From Mycobacteriales bacterium (GTDB lineage: Bacteria > Actinomycetota > Actinomycetes > BP-191): DNA of 44,180 nucleotides. This document shows positions 7,895 through 15,558 of the stretch, one piece after another; the stretch's first letter is position 1; every line of letters starts with the position of its first letter. The DNA is taken from NCBI GenBank assembly GCA_035645255.1, contig DASQMY010000428.1:1-44180 (forward strand). Direction: 5' to 3'. The position numbers and the translations under genes were made by a program. Below the pieces are notes generated by a model, which saw only the letters and a list, made by a program, of their open reading frames with translations, was not told where the DNA came from and ran no database searches.

Positions 7895-8404
7895 TCAGGC
7901 GGGGACCGGCTCAGCGGCCGCGAGGTAGGGCTGCCAGGCCGGCTCGACCCGGCCGATGGCGATGATCACCCACGCCGTGCCGTGCGGCGCGTAGGGCTGT
8001 CGCGGCAGCGTCCAGCCCAGCTCGGCCAGCGTGTGGTGCGCCTTGCGGTTGTTGCACCGGCCGCAGGCCGCCACGACGTTGTCCCAGCGGTCCTCGCCTC
8101 CCCGCGAGCGCGGGAGCACGTGGTCGACCGTCGACGCGTGGCCGCCGCAGTAGACGCAGCGCCCGCCGTCGCGCGCGAGCACCGCCTTGCGGCTCAGCGA
8201 CACGGTCGTCCGGTAGGGCACCTTGACGTAGTGGGTCAGGCGGATGACCGACGGGAGTGCGACGCTCATCCGCTCGGAGCGGTACTCCCCCGCCCCGTGC
8301 GAGACGACCACCGCCTTCTGCGACAGCACGAGGACCACGGCGCGGCGCAGCGGCACGACGCACAGCGGCTCGAACGTCGCGTTGAGCAGCAGTGCGCGCT
8401 GCAC
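7895..8404 (-). CDS. HNH endonuclease (about 170-aa bacterial family)
   Basis: ORF 7895..8461 trimmed to GTG 8404, with SD GGGAGG 7 nt upstream. The HNH core is RCVYCGG..DHVLPRSRGG..WDNVVAACGRCNNRK. It lies 57 nt upstream of rtcB on the same strand. Confidence 0.85.
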   Translation of the reverse strand: MQRALLLNATFEPLCVVPLRRAVVLVLSQKAVVVSHGAGEYRSERMSVALPSVIRLTHYVKVPYRTTVSLSRKAVLARDGGRCVYCGGHASTVDHVLPRSRGGEDRWDNVVAACGRCNNRKAHHTLAELGWTLPRQPYAPHGTAWVIIAIGRVEPAWQPYLAAAEPVPA

Positions 8405-8477
8405 GGACGTACCTCCCTGTCTGCCGGGCCGTCCAACGAATCGTGCCCTGGATCGGTGCATCGCGCGAGCACGACGA

Positions 8478-8508
8478 CGCCCGTCCGTGGAGTACCCACG
8501 AACGGGCG
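8478..8508 (-). terminator. hairpin downstream of thiE
   Basis: CGCCCGT..ACGGGCG (7 bp) plus an inner CGTGG/CCACG stem. It lies between the thiE stop and the HNH start. The U-tract is weak. Confidence 0.3.
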
Positions 8509-8536
8509 TGATCGTGCGCGCCGCAAACCGGCTTGC

Positions 8537-9208
8537 TCAACGCGTTTTCGCCGCGCCCGCCGGTGCTGCGCGCAGCGCGCGGGCGAACGCGGCCGCCGCG
8601 GCTCGCGGGTCCCCGGCCGCCGTGATCGCCCGTACGACGACGACGCGGCGGGCACCGGCGGCCAGGACCTGGTCCAGGTTGCCGAGGTCGATCCCGCCGA
8701 TCGCGAACCACGGCCGCGCGCCGGGGTCGGTCGGCGGCGCGACCCGTGCGGCGTACGCCGTCAGCGCGAGGCCCGGCGCGGGCCGGCCGGGCTTGGTCGG
8801 CGTCGGCCACGTCGGCCCGACGCAGAAGTAGTCGACGCCTGGCGCGACCGCGGCCGCCGACACCTCGGCCTCGGCGTGCGTCGACAGCCCGATCAGCACG
8901 TCACCGCCCACCAGCTCGCGGGCGATGGGCACCGGCAGGTCGCCCTGTCCCAGGTGCAGCACGTGGGGCCGCACGGCGTACGCCACGTCGGCCCGGTCGT
9001 TGACCGAGAACAGCCGGCCGTGTCGCCGGCACGCGTCCTGGAACACGCCGGCGAGCTCGATCTCCTCGGCCGCCTCGAGCGACTTGTCGCGCAGCTGCAC
9101 GACGTCGACGCCGCCGGCCAGCACGGCGTCCAGGAACTCGGTGAGGTCACCCTGCTGCTTGCGCGCGTCGGTGCACAGGTAGAGCCGGGCGTCGGCCAGC
9201 TCACCCAC
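8537..9208 (-). CDS. thiE: thiamine-phosphate synthase
   Basis: ORF 8537..9319 trimmed to GTG 9208, which overlaps the thiS stop by 8 nt. The sequence is ThiE-like ([32 protein letters not shown]). Confidence 0.9.
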   Translation of the reverse strand: MGELADARLYLCTDARKQQGDLTEFLDAVLAGGVDVVQLRDKSLEAAEEIELAGVFQDACRRHGRLFSVNDRADVAYAVRPHVLHLGQGDLPVPIARELVGGDVLIGLSTHAEAEVSAAAVAPGVDYFCVGPTWPTPTKPGRPAPGLALTAYAARVAPPTDPGARPWFAIGGIDLGNLDQVLAAGARRVVVVRAITAAGDPRAAAAAFARALRAAPAGAAKTR

Positions 9209-9404
9209 CGGCGACGGCCCGGACCAGCTCGACCACGTCGCCGTCGGCGAGCACCGCGGACTCGACCTCGTGCCGCAGCAGCGCGGTGCCGTTGTGCTCG
9301 ACCACGACCCAGCCGACACCGAGACCGAGCGACTCGAGAAGCTGCCGGACCGTCGTCGCGTCGGCGAGCTCGCGCGGCTCGCCGTTGACCCTGACCGAGA
9401 TCAC
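9201..9404 (-). CDS. thiS: sulfur-carrier protein ThiS
   Basis: ORF 9201..9404 (67 aa). It has a ubiquitin-like ThiS sequence ending in ..VAGG. It begins 4 nt after the stop of the upstream Rv2175c-like gene. Confidence 0.85.
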   Translation of the reverse strand: MISVRVNGEPRELADATTVRQLLESLGLGVGWVVVEHNGTALLRHEVESAVLADGDVVELVRAVAGG

Positions 9405-9408
9405 CGGC

Positions 9409-9771
9409 TCAGAACGCTTCCGCCTGGGCGCGGCGCTTGACCTCGGTGCCGCGGTTCTCCACCAGTGCCTGGATCGGCGAGCCGGGGAGTGAGTCGTCCG
9501 GGGTGTAGAGCCAGCGGATCGCCTCCGCGTCGGCGAACTTGTTGTCGCGGAGCAGGTTGATGGTGCCGGTGAGGCCCTTGACGATGTGGTCCTCGTCGAC
9601 GAAGAGCGCCGGGATCATAAGCGGCTGGCCCTCCCCGGCGCGGACCGCGAGCAGCTTGCCCTCGCGGAGCAGCTGCCGCACCTTCGTGACGTCGACGCCG
9701 AGCCGATCGGCCACGTCCGGCACCGTGAGCCAGTCGCGGACCAGCCCGGTCAGGTCGTTCGCCGTGCCCAC
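9409..9771 (-). CDS. Rv2175c-like winged-HTH DNA-binding protein
   Basis: ORF 9409..9828 trimmed to GTG 9771, with SD GAGGAGG upstream. It is clearly similar to M. tuberculosis Rv2175c (..VSKVRQLLREG.L.AVR.., ..RWL(F/Y)TPD.SL.., ..RRAQA.A(F/Y)). Confidence 0.85.
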   Translation of the reverse strand: MGTANDLTGLVRDWLTVPDVADRLGVDVTKVRQLLREGKLLAVRAGEGQPLMIPALFVDEDHIVKGLTGTINLLRDNKFADAEAIRWLYTPDDSLPGSPIQALVENRGTEVKRRAQAEAF

Positions 9772-9891
9772 TGCCGCCTCCTCGATACGCCGACCTTCGC
9801 GCCAAGCCTGCCACGAAGCAGGCCGCAATTTCGCAGCGGGCGAGTGTGCGGTCGCCTAGTGTCGGGCCGATCTCCGAGGAATCGAGGCGGC

Positions 9892-10425
9892 ATGTACGAG
9901 GGCACGCTGGTGCGGCTGCGCACGATGGAGCCGAGCGACGCCGAGCGGCTGCTGACGTGGATCAACGACCCGGACGTGACCGAGCACCTGGCCGTCCGCT
10001 ACCCGATGTCGCTAGCCAACGAGGTCGACTGGGTCGAGACCAACAAGACCGTCAACTACGGCAACGCCGTCTTCGCGGTCGAGACGATCGCTGAGGGCAG
10101 GCACATCGGCGGCGTGGACATCCGCACCGGATCCGGCCCGGAGAACCGCAAGGGCGAGCTGGGGCTGATGGTCGGCGACAAGTCGGTCTGGGGCGGCGGC
10201 TACGGCACCGACCTGGTCCGCACCGCGTGCCGCTTCGGCTTCGACGAGATGAACCTCAACCGGGTCGAGCTGTGGGTGCACGGCAGCAACGAGCGGGCGA
10301 TCGGCGTGTACGAGCGGGTCGGCTTCGTCCGCGAGGGTGCCGCCCGGCAGGGTTGGTACAAGCGCGGGCAGTACCACGACCTGGTGCTGATGGGACTGCT
10401 CCGCGACGAGTTCAAGCCCGCCTAG
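9892..10425 (+). CDS. GNAT-family N-acetyltransferase (RimJ/RimL-like)
   Basis: Distal part of ORF 9586..10425 from ATG 9892, with SD GAGGCGG. It carries a GNAT core (..WGGGYGTDLVRTACRFGFDEMNLNRVELWV...N.RAIGVYERVGF). Confidence 0.85.
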   Translation: MYEGTLVRLRTMEPSDAERLLTWINDPDVTEHLAVRYPMSLANEVDWVETNKTVNYGNAVFAVETIAEGRHIGGVDIRTGSGPENRKGELGLMVGDKSVWGGGYGTDLVRTACRFGFDEMNLNRVELWVHGSNERAIGVYERVGFVREGAARQGWYKRGQYHDLVLMGLLRDEFKPA

Positions 10426-11285
10426 GTCGGCAGGTCCGCCGACAGCTCGGCGATCTCGGCGTCGGTGAGCCGCACATCGGCGGCAGCGGCGCTGCTCACG
10501 GCGGTCTCCGGCCGGCTGCATCCCGGGATCGGGATGACGACCGGCGCGAGCGCCAGCTCCCACGCGAGGCAGACCTGCTGCGCCGACAGGCCATGGGCCG
10601 CGCCGATCTCGGCGAGCCTCGCGAAGCGCCCGCCGAGCTGCGCAGCCTTCCCGATGCCGCCGAGCGGGCTCCACGGCAGGAAGGCGATGCCCCGCTCGGC
10701 GCACAGCCGCAGCTCGCGGTATGACGACGTGAACCGCGGCGAGAACTCGTTCTGCACGGCGGCGAGCGGCACGATCGACGCCGCCAGCTCGATCTGCTCC
10801 GGGTCGGCGTTCGAGATGCCGACCGCACGGACCTTGCCCGCGTCGAGAAGCTCCTTCAGCGCGCCGATCGTCTCCTCGTAGGACACCTTGTCGTCCGGCC
10901 GGTGGTGCTGGTAGAGCCCGATCGACTCGACGCCGAGTGCCTTGAGGCTGCGGTCGCACGCCGCCTTGAGGTAATCGGGCCGGCCGTCGTGTCCCCAGCC
11001 GCCGCCCGGCGTACGGGTGCTGCCGCCCTTGGTGGCGACCAGGACGCTGTCCCGGTCGCCGCCCCACTGGCTCAGCGCGTCCGCGACGATCCGCTCGTTG
11101 TGCCCCATGTCGTCCGGGTCCGGCGTGTAGGCGTCAGCGGTGTCGATCAGCCGCACGCCGGCGTCGAGCGCCGCGTGGATCGTGCGGATCGCCTGCTCGT
11201 ACGACGGGTGTCCCTCGACGGAGAACTCCATCGCGCCGAGGCCGATCGCGCTGACGTCGACTCCGGCGATGGTGCGTGTATGCAC
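10422..11285 (-). CDS. aldo/keto reductase
   Basis: ORF 10422..11285 with a GTG start and SD AAGGAG 5 nt upstream. AKR motifs are present (IDTADAY, GLYQHHRPD, GISN). Its stop shares the tetranucleotide CTAG with the convergent GNAT stop. Confidence 0.9.
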   Translation of the reverse strand: MHTRTIAGVDVSAIGLGAMEFSVEGHPSYEQAIRTIHAALDAGVRLIDTADAYTPDPDDMGHNERIVADALSQWGGDRDSVLVATKGGSTRTPGGGWGHDGRPDYLKAACDRSLKALGVESIGLYQHHRPDDKVSYEETIGALKELLDAGKVRAVGISNADPEQIELAASIVPLAAVQNEFSPRFTSSYRELRLCAERGIAFLPWSPLGGIGKAAQLGGRFARLAEIGAAHGLSAQQVCLAWELALAPVVIPIPGCSRPETAVSSAAAADVRLTDAEIAELSADLPT

Positions 11286-11356
11286 TCGCTCTCCTTCGGT
11301 GGGCGCTGCGGCGGCAACCCGGCCCTACCCCAGCCCACCGAACGACACGCGGTTTC

Positions 11357-11394
11357 GGCACCGTTCTTCGCGGAATGCCGCGAAGTACGGTGCC
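11357..11394 (-). terminator. long hairpin GGCACCGT-TC-TTCGCGG AATG CCGCGAA-GT-ACGGTGCC
   Basis: A 15-bp interrupted stem between the YafY-like stop (11413) and the AKR start (11285). There is no U-tract. Confidence 0.35.
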
Positions 11395-11412
11395 GACACC
11401 GCGTTGGGTGGG

Positions 11413-12362
11413 TCACTCGGCGTACAGCGCGGCAAGCTCTGCGCCGATCCGCGCGAGCTCCGCGCGCACCTCCGGCGGTTCGACGACTTTGACGAGCGAG
11501 CCCCAGCCGGCGAGCTGCTCGGCGATCGCGCGCGGCATCTGCGCCGCGACCCGCACGCGGGCGCGGCCGCCGTCGACCGCCCCGTCCTCCTCGAGGTGCC
11601 GCCCGAAGATGTCGCGCAGCACCTGCACGTACCGCGGTGCGACCAGGACGGTGGCCCACACGAGCGAGCGGCGCTGCTCCATCTCGCCTACGACGCGCTG
11701 CCACTGCGCGCCGAGGTCGAGGTCGGCGGGTCGCTCGAACCGCTCGCCCGTCAGCTCGGCGTCGGTGACGCGGTCGACGCGGAACGTGCGCCGGCCCTTG
11801 TCCGTGCCGGCGACGAGGTACCAGACGTCGTCCTTGTCGGCCAGGCCCCACGGCTCGACCAGCCGGTCGATGCGGCCGCCGCGGCTCACGTAGCCGAGCC
11901 GCACTCGGCGCCGCCGGACCACCGCGGTCTGCAGCAGGTCGACGGACGCCGGCCGCTCCGGGTCCCTTTCGCCCCACGCGGTGGGGTCCACCACGACGGC
12001 GTCCGCTGCTGCCTGCGCGTCGGCCCGGAACGTGTCCGGGAGCGCGCGCACCAGCTTGCGCAGCGCGGCTCGGGCGGCCGGAACGGTCGACGCCGCCGGG
12101 CCGAGCAGCAGGAACACCGCCTGCGCCTCCGCCTCGGTGAGTCCGGTCAGGTCGGTCCGTGCACCGCCGACGAGCTGCCAGCCTCCGCCGCGGCCGGCTG
12201 CGGGTAGACCGGCACGCCGGCTGCCGAGAGCGCCTCGAGGTCGCGCCGCGCGGTGGCGACGGACACCTCGAGCTCGCTGGCCAGCTCGGCCGCGGTGATG
12301 TGACCGCGCTGCTGCATCAGCAGCAGTGTCGCCACCAGCCGGTCCGCTCTACATGCTTCCAA
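11413..12362 (-). pseudogene. YafY-family (HTH + WYL) transcriptional regulator, interrupted by a 1-bp deletion
   Basis: ORF 12147..12362 encodes the HTH (RADRLVATLLLMQQRGHITAAELASELEVS..RDLEALSAAGVPVYPQP). The conserved continuation RGGGWQLVGGARTDLTGLTEAEAQAVFLLLGP.. and the WYL part (ORF 11413..12117) are in the next frame. The junction lies at about 12193-12196. Confidence 0.7.
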
Positions 12363-12384
12363 GTCTCGCAGAGAACGTGCTCAG

Positions 12385-12760
12385 TCGATGAGCACTTTGC
12401 CGGAGACGACGTCGAGTTCCGCGTCGGCAACCACCAGCACGAGGTCGGGATCATCGACAGCCGGTTCTCGCCCCAGGCGTGACGAGCGGCAGCCCGGCCG
12501 GCGTGATCCTCAACTGGCACGTCGACGACTTCGCCGCCACCCTCGACCGGCTCGTCGAGCTCGGTGCTACGCAGCACGACCCGATCACCGAGCGCGGTGC
12601 GGGGTTCGTGACCGCCTCGGTCGTCGACCCGTTCGGCAATGTGCTCAGGGTCATGGCTAACCCGCACTACCTGGAGATGCTCGCCGCCGGCCCCGCTGAC
12701 CGCGCCGGGCGCCGGACCGGCGTACCGCAGTACCGCACCGCCACCCCCGCCACCTCCTGA
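12385..12760 (+). pseudogene. VOC/glyoxalase-family gene remnant (5'-truncated and frameshifted)
   Basis: One frame gives ..VDEHFAGDDVEFRVGNHQHEVGIIDSRFSPQA* (end of ORF 12159..12482). The next frame gives TSGSPAGVILNWHVDDFAATLDRLVELGATQHDPITERGAGFVTASVVDPFGNVLRVMANP (ORF 12479..12760). About 30 N-terminal residues of a VOC fold have no room before the divergent YafY start. Confidence 0.5.
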
Positions 12761-12767
12761 CCGGAGA

Positions 12768-12810
12768 TGCACCCTGCATGTCAGGTGCCTGGCCAGAGAT
12801 GCAGGGTGCA
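12768..12810. repeat. perfect 12-bp inverted repeat TGCACCCTGCAT-N19-ATGCAGGGTGCA
   Basis: Read directly from the sequence. It lies between the convergent VOC remnant and thiH. It could be a terminator stem or a protein-binding palindrome. Confidence 0.5.
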
Positions 12811-12905
12811 ACTCGGTGGGCCCTCGGTGGCGCGCGGGCTGGGTGTGGTGCACGACCAGAGACGGCGGTGGTACGGCGGGCCGAGCCGGGGGGCGCGGGG
12901 CAGCG

Positions 12906-14036
12906 CTACGGCGCGACGAGCGGGAAGGCGTCCTTCCAGACCGGCTCGTAGCCCGCCGCCTCGAGCATCGCGGCGACCTCGGCCGGCGAGCGCTCGTCGG
13001 AGATCGCGAACTGCTCCTGGCTCTCCCCCGGCGTCGCGTAGCCGCCCGGCTCGGTCGACGAGCCGGCACTCATGTGCGTCACCGCGATCCGCACCAGCCC
13101 GTCCCTGAGTACGGCGGGCTCCCGGGTCGACAGGACGATGCCGGCGTCCGGCTCGGCGAGCCGCAGGGCGGCGAGCGACTGCACGTAGGAGGTGTCGTCG
13201 ACAGGCACGACCGGCTGGAAGCCCGACGCACACGGCTTGATCCGCGGCAGCGCGACGGTCACCTCGGTGCGCCAGTAGCACCGCACCAGGAACGACGCAT
13301 GCGCGGCGACCGCGAGCACGTCGGCCCGCCAGTCGCCCGCCAGCCCGAGCAGCGCTCCGATCCCGAGCCGCCGGACGCCCGCCTCGGCCGCCCGCTCGGT
13401 CGATGCCAGCCGCCGGTCGAAGTCGCGCTTCCACCCGGCGACGTGCACCTCGGCGTACCGCGTCCGGTCGTAGGTCTCCTGGTAGTGCACGACGCCCTCG
13501 ACGCCGGCGGCGACGAGGCGGGTGTAGGTGTCGTCGCTCCAGGTCTGCGTCTCTACGGAAAGCGACGGCACCACCGGCGCCAGCCGGTCGACGACCTCCA
13601 CGAGGTAGTCGGCCGAGACCGCGAGCCGGTGCTCGCCGGCCACCAGCAGCAGGTGCCGGAACCCCCGGTCCACCAGGATCTGCGCCTCCGCCGCGACCTC
13701 GTCCCGCGTCAGCGTCCGCCGGACGACGTCCAGGTCCTTCGCGAAGCCGCAGTAGGTGCAGGTCGACAGGCACTCGTTGGAGACGTAGAGCGGCGCGAAC
13801 AGCCGGACGGCGCGGCCGAACCGCTGCAGCGTCGCCTCGCGCGCGGCGTGCGCCAACTCCTCCAGCCGCCCCGCAGCCGCCGGTGACAGCAGGGCCGCCA
13901 GGTCGCGCAGGTCACGGTGCTCAGCGCCGAGAGCCCGGTCGACGTCGGCGTCCGTGGCTCTGAGCGAGTACGCCGACAGGCCGGCCAGGTCGAGGCCGGC
14001 CAGCTCCGCCGCGAACAGCCCGGCGGCCGCGCTCAC
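12906..14036 (-). CDS. thiH: 2-iminoacetate synthase (tyrosine lyase) ThiH, radical SAM
   Basis: ORF 12906..14369 trimmed to GTG 14036, which forms a GTGA overlap with the thiG stop (377 aa). The CxxxCxxC cluster lies in [16 protein letters not shown]. The sequence is ThiH-like throughout. Confidence 0.85.
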   Translation of the reverse strand: MSAAAGLFAAELAGLDLAGLSAYSLRATDADVDRALGAEHRDLRDLAALLSPAAAGRLEELAHAAREATLQRFGRAVRLFAPLYVSNECLSTCTYCGFAKDLDVVRRTLTRDEVAAEAQILVDRGFRHLLLVAGEHRLAVSADYLVEVVDRLAPVVPSLSVETQTWSDDTYTRLVAAGVEGVVHYQETYDRTRYAEVHVAGWKRDFDRRLASTERAAEAGVRRLGIGALLGLAGDWRADVLAVAAHASFLVRCYWRTEVTVALPRIKPCASGFQPVVPVDDTSYVQSLAALRLAEPDAGIVLSTREPAVLRDGLVRIAVTHMSAGSSTEPGGYATPGESQEQFAISDERSPAEVAAMLEAAGYEPVWKDAFPLVAP

Positions 14037-14839
14037 TGCGCCGGCTCGAGCGGCGCGAAGCCGGTGCCGCCGAGGAAGCCCGTCAGCGGCGACGACGCCT
14101 CCGCGACCTCGCGTACGGCGCCGCGTCCCGCCAGGTAGCCCAGCCGGCCCGCCTCGGTCGCCAGCGCGAACGCGCGCGCCATGGCGACCGGGTCGCGGGC
14201 GATCGCGATCGCCGTGTTGACCAGGACGGCGTCCGCGCCGACCTCCATCGCCTCGGCGGCGTCGCTCGGGACGCCGAGGCCTGCGTCGACGACGACCGGC
14301 ACGCCGGCCTGCTCGACGATGATCTCGACGGCGTCGCGGGTGCGCAGCCCCTTGTTGGACCCGATCCACGAGCCCAGCGGCATCACCGTCGCGCAGCCCG
14401 CCTCCTCCAGGCGCCGGCAGAGCACCGGGTCGGCCGAGCAGTACGGCAGCACGGTGAAGCCGTCCGCGACGAGCAGCTCCGCGGCGCGCAACGTCTCGAT
14501 CGGGTCGGGCGCGAGGTGCCGCGGGTCGGGCGTCACCTCGAGCTTCACGAAGTCCGGCATGCCGCCCGCGCGGGCGAGCCGCGCCAGCCGCACCGCCTCG
14601 TCCGCGGTGGTCGCGCCGGAGGTGTTGGGCAGCAGCAGGAACCGCGCCGGGTCGACGTAGTCGAGGATGTCGCCCTCACCGGTCCGGCTCAGGTCCACGC
14701 GGCGCAGCGCGACGGTGACGATCTGCGCGCCGGACGCCTCGAGCGCCGAGCGCATCACCGCGTGCGACGCGAACTTGCCGGTGCCGACGAGCAGCCGCGA
14801 CGTGAACGTGCGGCCGCCGATGACGAGCGGGTCGGTCAT
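14033..14839 (-). CDS. thiG: thiazole synthase
   Basis: ORF 14033..14839. The sequence is ThiG-like (LVGTGKF.., ..LLPNTSG.., ..[12 protein letters not shown].., VLVNTAIA). Confidence 0.9.
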   Translation of the reverse strand: MTDPLVIGGRTFTSRLLVGTGKFASHAVMRSALEASGAQIVTVALRRVDLSRTGEGDILDYVDPARFLLLPNTSGATTADEAVRLARLARAGGMPDFVKLEVTPDPRHLAPDPIETLRAAELLVADGFTVLPYCSADPVLCRRLEEAGCATVMPLGSWIGSNKGLRTRDAVEIIVEQAGVPVVVDAGLGVPSDAAEAMEVGADAVLVNTAIAIARDPVAMARAFALATEAGRLGYLAGRGAVREVAEASSPLTGFLGGTGFAPLEPAQ

Positions 14840-14842
14840 GTC

Positions 14843-14951
14843 GGTCGTCTCCCCTCGCCGGCATTACCCGGATCGGGTGGTGCGGGTCGCCGGCGCGGTG
14901 TGCCGGCCTCTCAGCCCGATTGCCTCGAGCTCCCCGGTGGATGGGTGTACG
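14843..14951 (-). promoter_or_regulatory. TPP (THI-box) riboswitch in the thiG leader
   Basis: The minus strand reads ..GGGGAGC..GGGCTGAGAGG..ACCC..CACCCGATCCGGGTAATGCCGGCGAGGGGAGACGACCGAC-ATG. The conserved CUGAGA and CUGAUCCGGGUAAUGCCGGCG.AGGGA cores are present, and the 3' arm overlaps the SD. Confidence 0.85.
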
Positions 14952-14957
14952 CCGACG

Positions 14958-14963
14958 AGTCTA
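14958..14963 (-). promoter_or_regulatory. -10 hexamer TAGACT just upstream of the TPP riboswitch
   Basis: The minus strand reads GGGAC-TAGACT-cgtcggc-G.. immediately 5' of the riboswitch. Confidence 0.4.
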
Positions 14964-14990
14964 GTCCCGCCCGCCTGCGCCCCACGCGGA

Positions 14991-15326
14991 TCAGATGCCC
15001 GGGTCGGCCAGCCGCAGCGAGTTGAGCATCGTCTCGGCCGCGTCGATCTGGCTGACCACGGCGGCGAGCGACGGCGCGACGGCGACGTCCTGGTCGGCGT
15101 ACATGAAGATGTTGAGCACCTCGTTGGCGCCGACGCGCAGCCCGCGCGCCAGGCAGTACTCGCCGAGCGCGAACTCCCACGAGACGACCGCGCCGGACTC
15201 GTCGTCCGCGACGTGGCAGTAGTAGGTGAGGTAGCGGTTGCCGTGCAGCGCGTAGTGGTGGACTCCGCCGCGCCCCGCTGACTGGTAGACGAACCCGATC
15301 GACTCCAGATCGTCGCTGAACGCCAC
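14991..15326 (-). CDS. hypothetical protein (111 aa)
   Basis: ORF 14991..15326 with a GTG start and GAGG upstream. Codons are strongly GC3-rich. I recognise no family. Confidence 0.55.
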   Translation of the reverse strand: MAFSDDLESIGFVYQSAGRGGVHHYALHGNRYLTYYCHVADDESGAVVSWEFALGEYCLARGLRVGANEVLNIFMYADQDVAVAPSLAAVVSQIDAAETMLNSLRLADPGI

Positions 15327-15447
15327 GCCGCCTCGCTCTCCGCTGTCCCGGCGACCACCTCCGGCCGCCGTCCCATCCTGCCTGCAACGGGCGCAGGACG
15401 GTCTAGTTGGAGAGACCCGTTCGTCACCTCTGCCCCAATAGCATCAC

Positions 15448-15476
15448 TTGTCACATCAGTCACGGACCTCTACCGT
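15448..15476 (+). promoter_or_regulatory. sigma-70-type promoter candidate TTGTCA-N17-TACCGT
   Basis: Sits in a locally AT-richer stretch, about 80 nt upstream of the LysM/SLT ATG (15559). Confidence 0.35.
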
Positions 15477-15558
15477 GCGTGTTCGTGGCAGGGGAAGGCC
15501 GCGACACGCGCTCCAGCACGGTGCCTTGCCGTGCCGCGGACCAAGTGAAGGCTGTGCC

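Noticed and set aside
6110-9388. 1092-aa ORF on the + strand
   Set aside because: It is Arg/Gly/Ala/Pro-rich and low-complexity. It runs antisense or out of frame to four well-supported genes (rtcB, HNH, thiE, thiS). This is the typical stop-codon-poor shadow frame of high-GC DNA.
9772-9891. Second TPP riboswitch upstream of the Rv2175c-like/thiS/thiE string
   Set aside because: Neither strand contains a CUGAGA core or a ..CUGAUC.GG.UAAUGCC.GCG.. core.
10422-10425. Convergent GNAT and AKR genes sharing the palindromic tetranucleotide CTAG as both stop codons; also the 34-bp convergent overlap at 22056-22089
   Set aside because: These are compact-genome curiosities with no functional implication that I can support.
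15327-15558. Possible c-di-AMP (ydaO) riboswitch upstream of the LysM/SLT cell-wall hydrolase, as seen upstream of rpf-type genes in actinobacteria
   Set aside because: The conserved ydaO cores (GGGGUGAAUC, CCGA..ACCCG..AGCUAACCUCG) are absent. The region is better explained by a TTGTCA-N17-TACCGT promoter.
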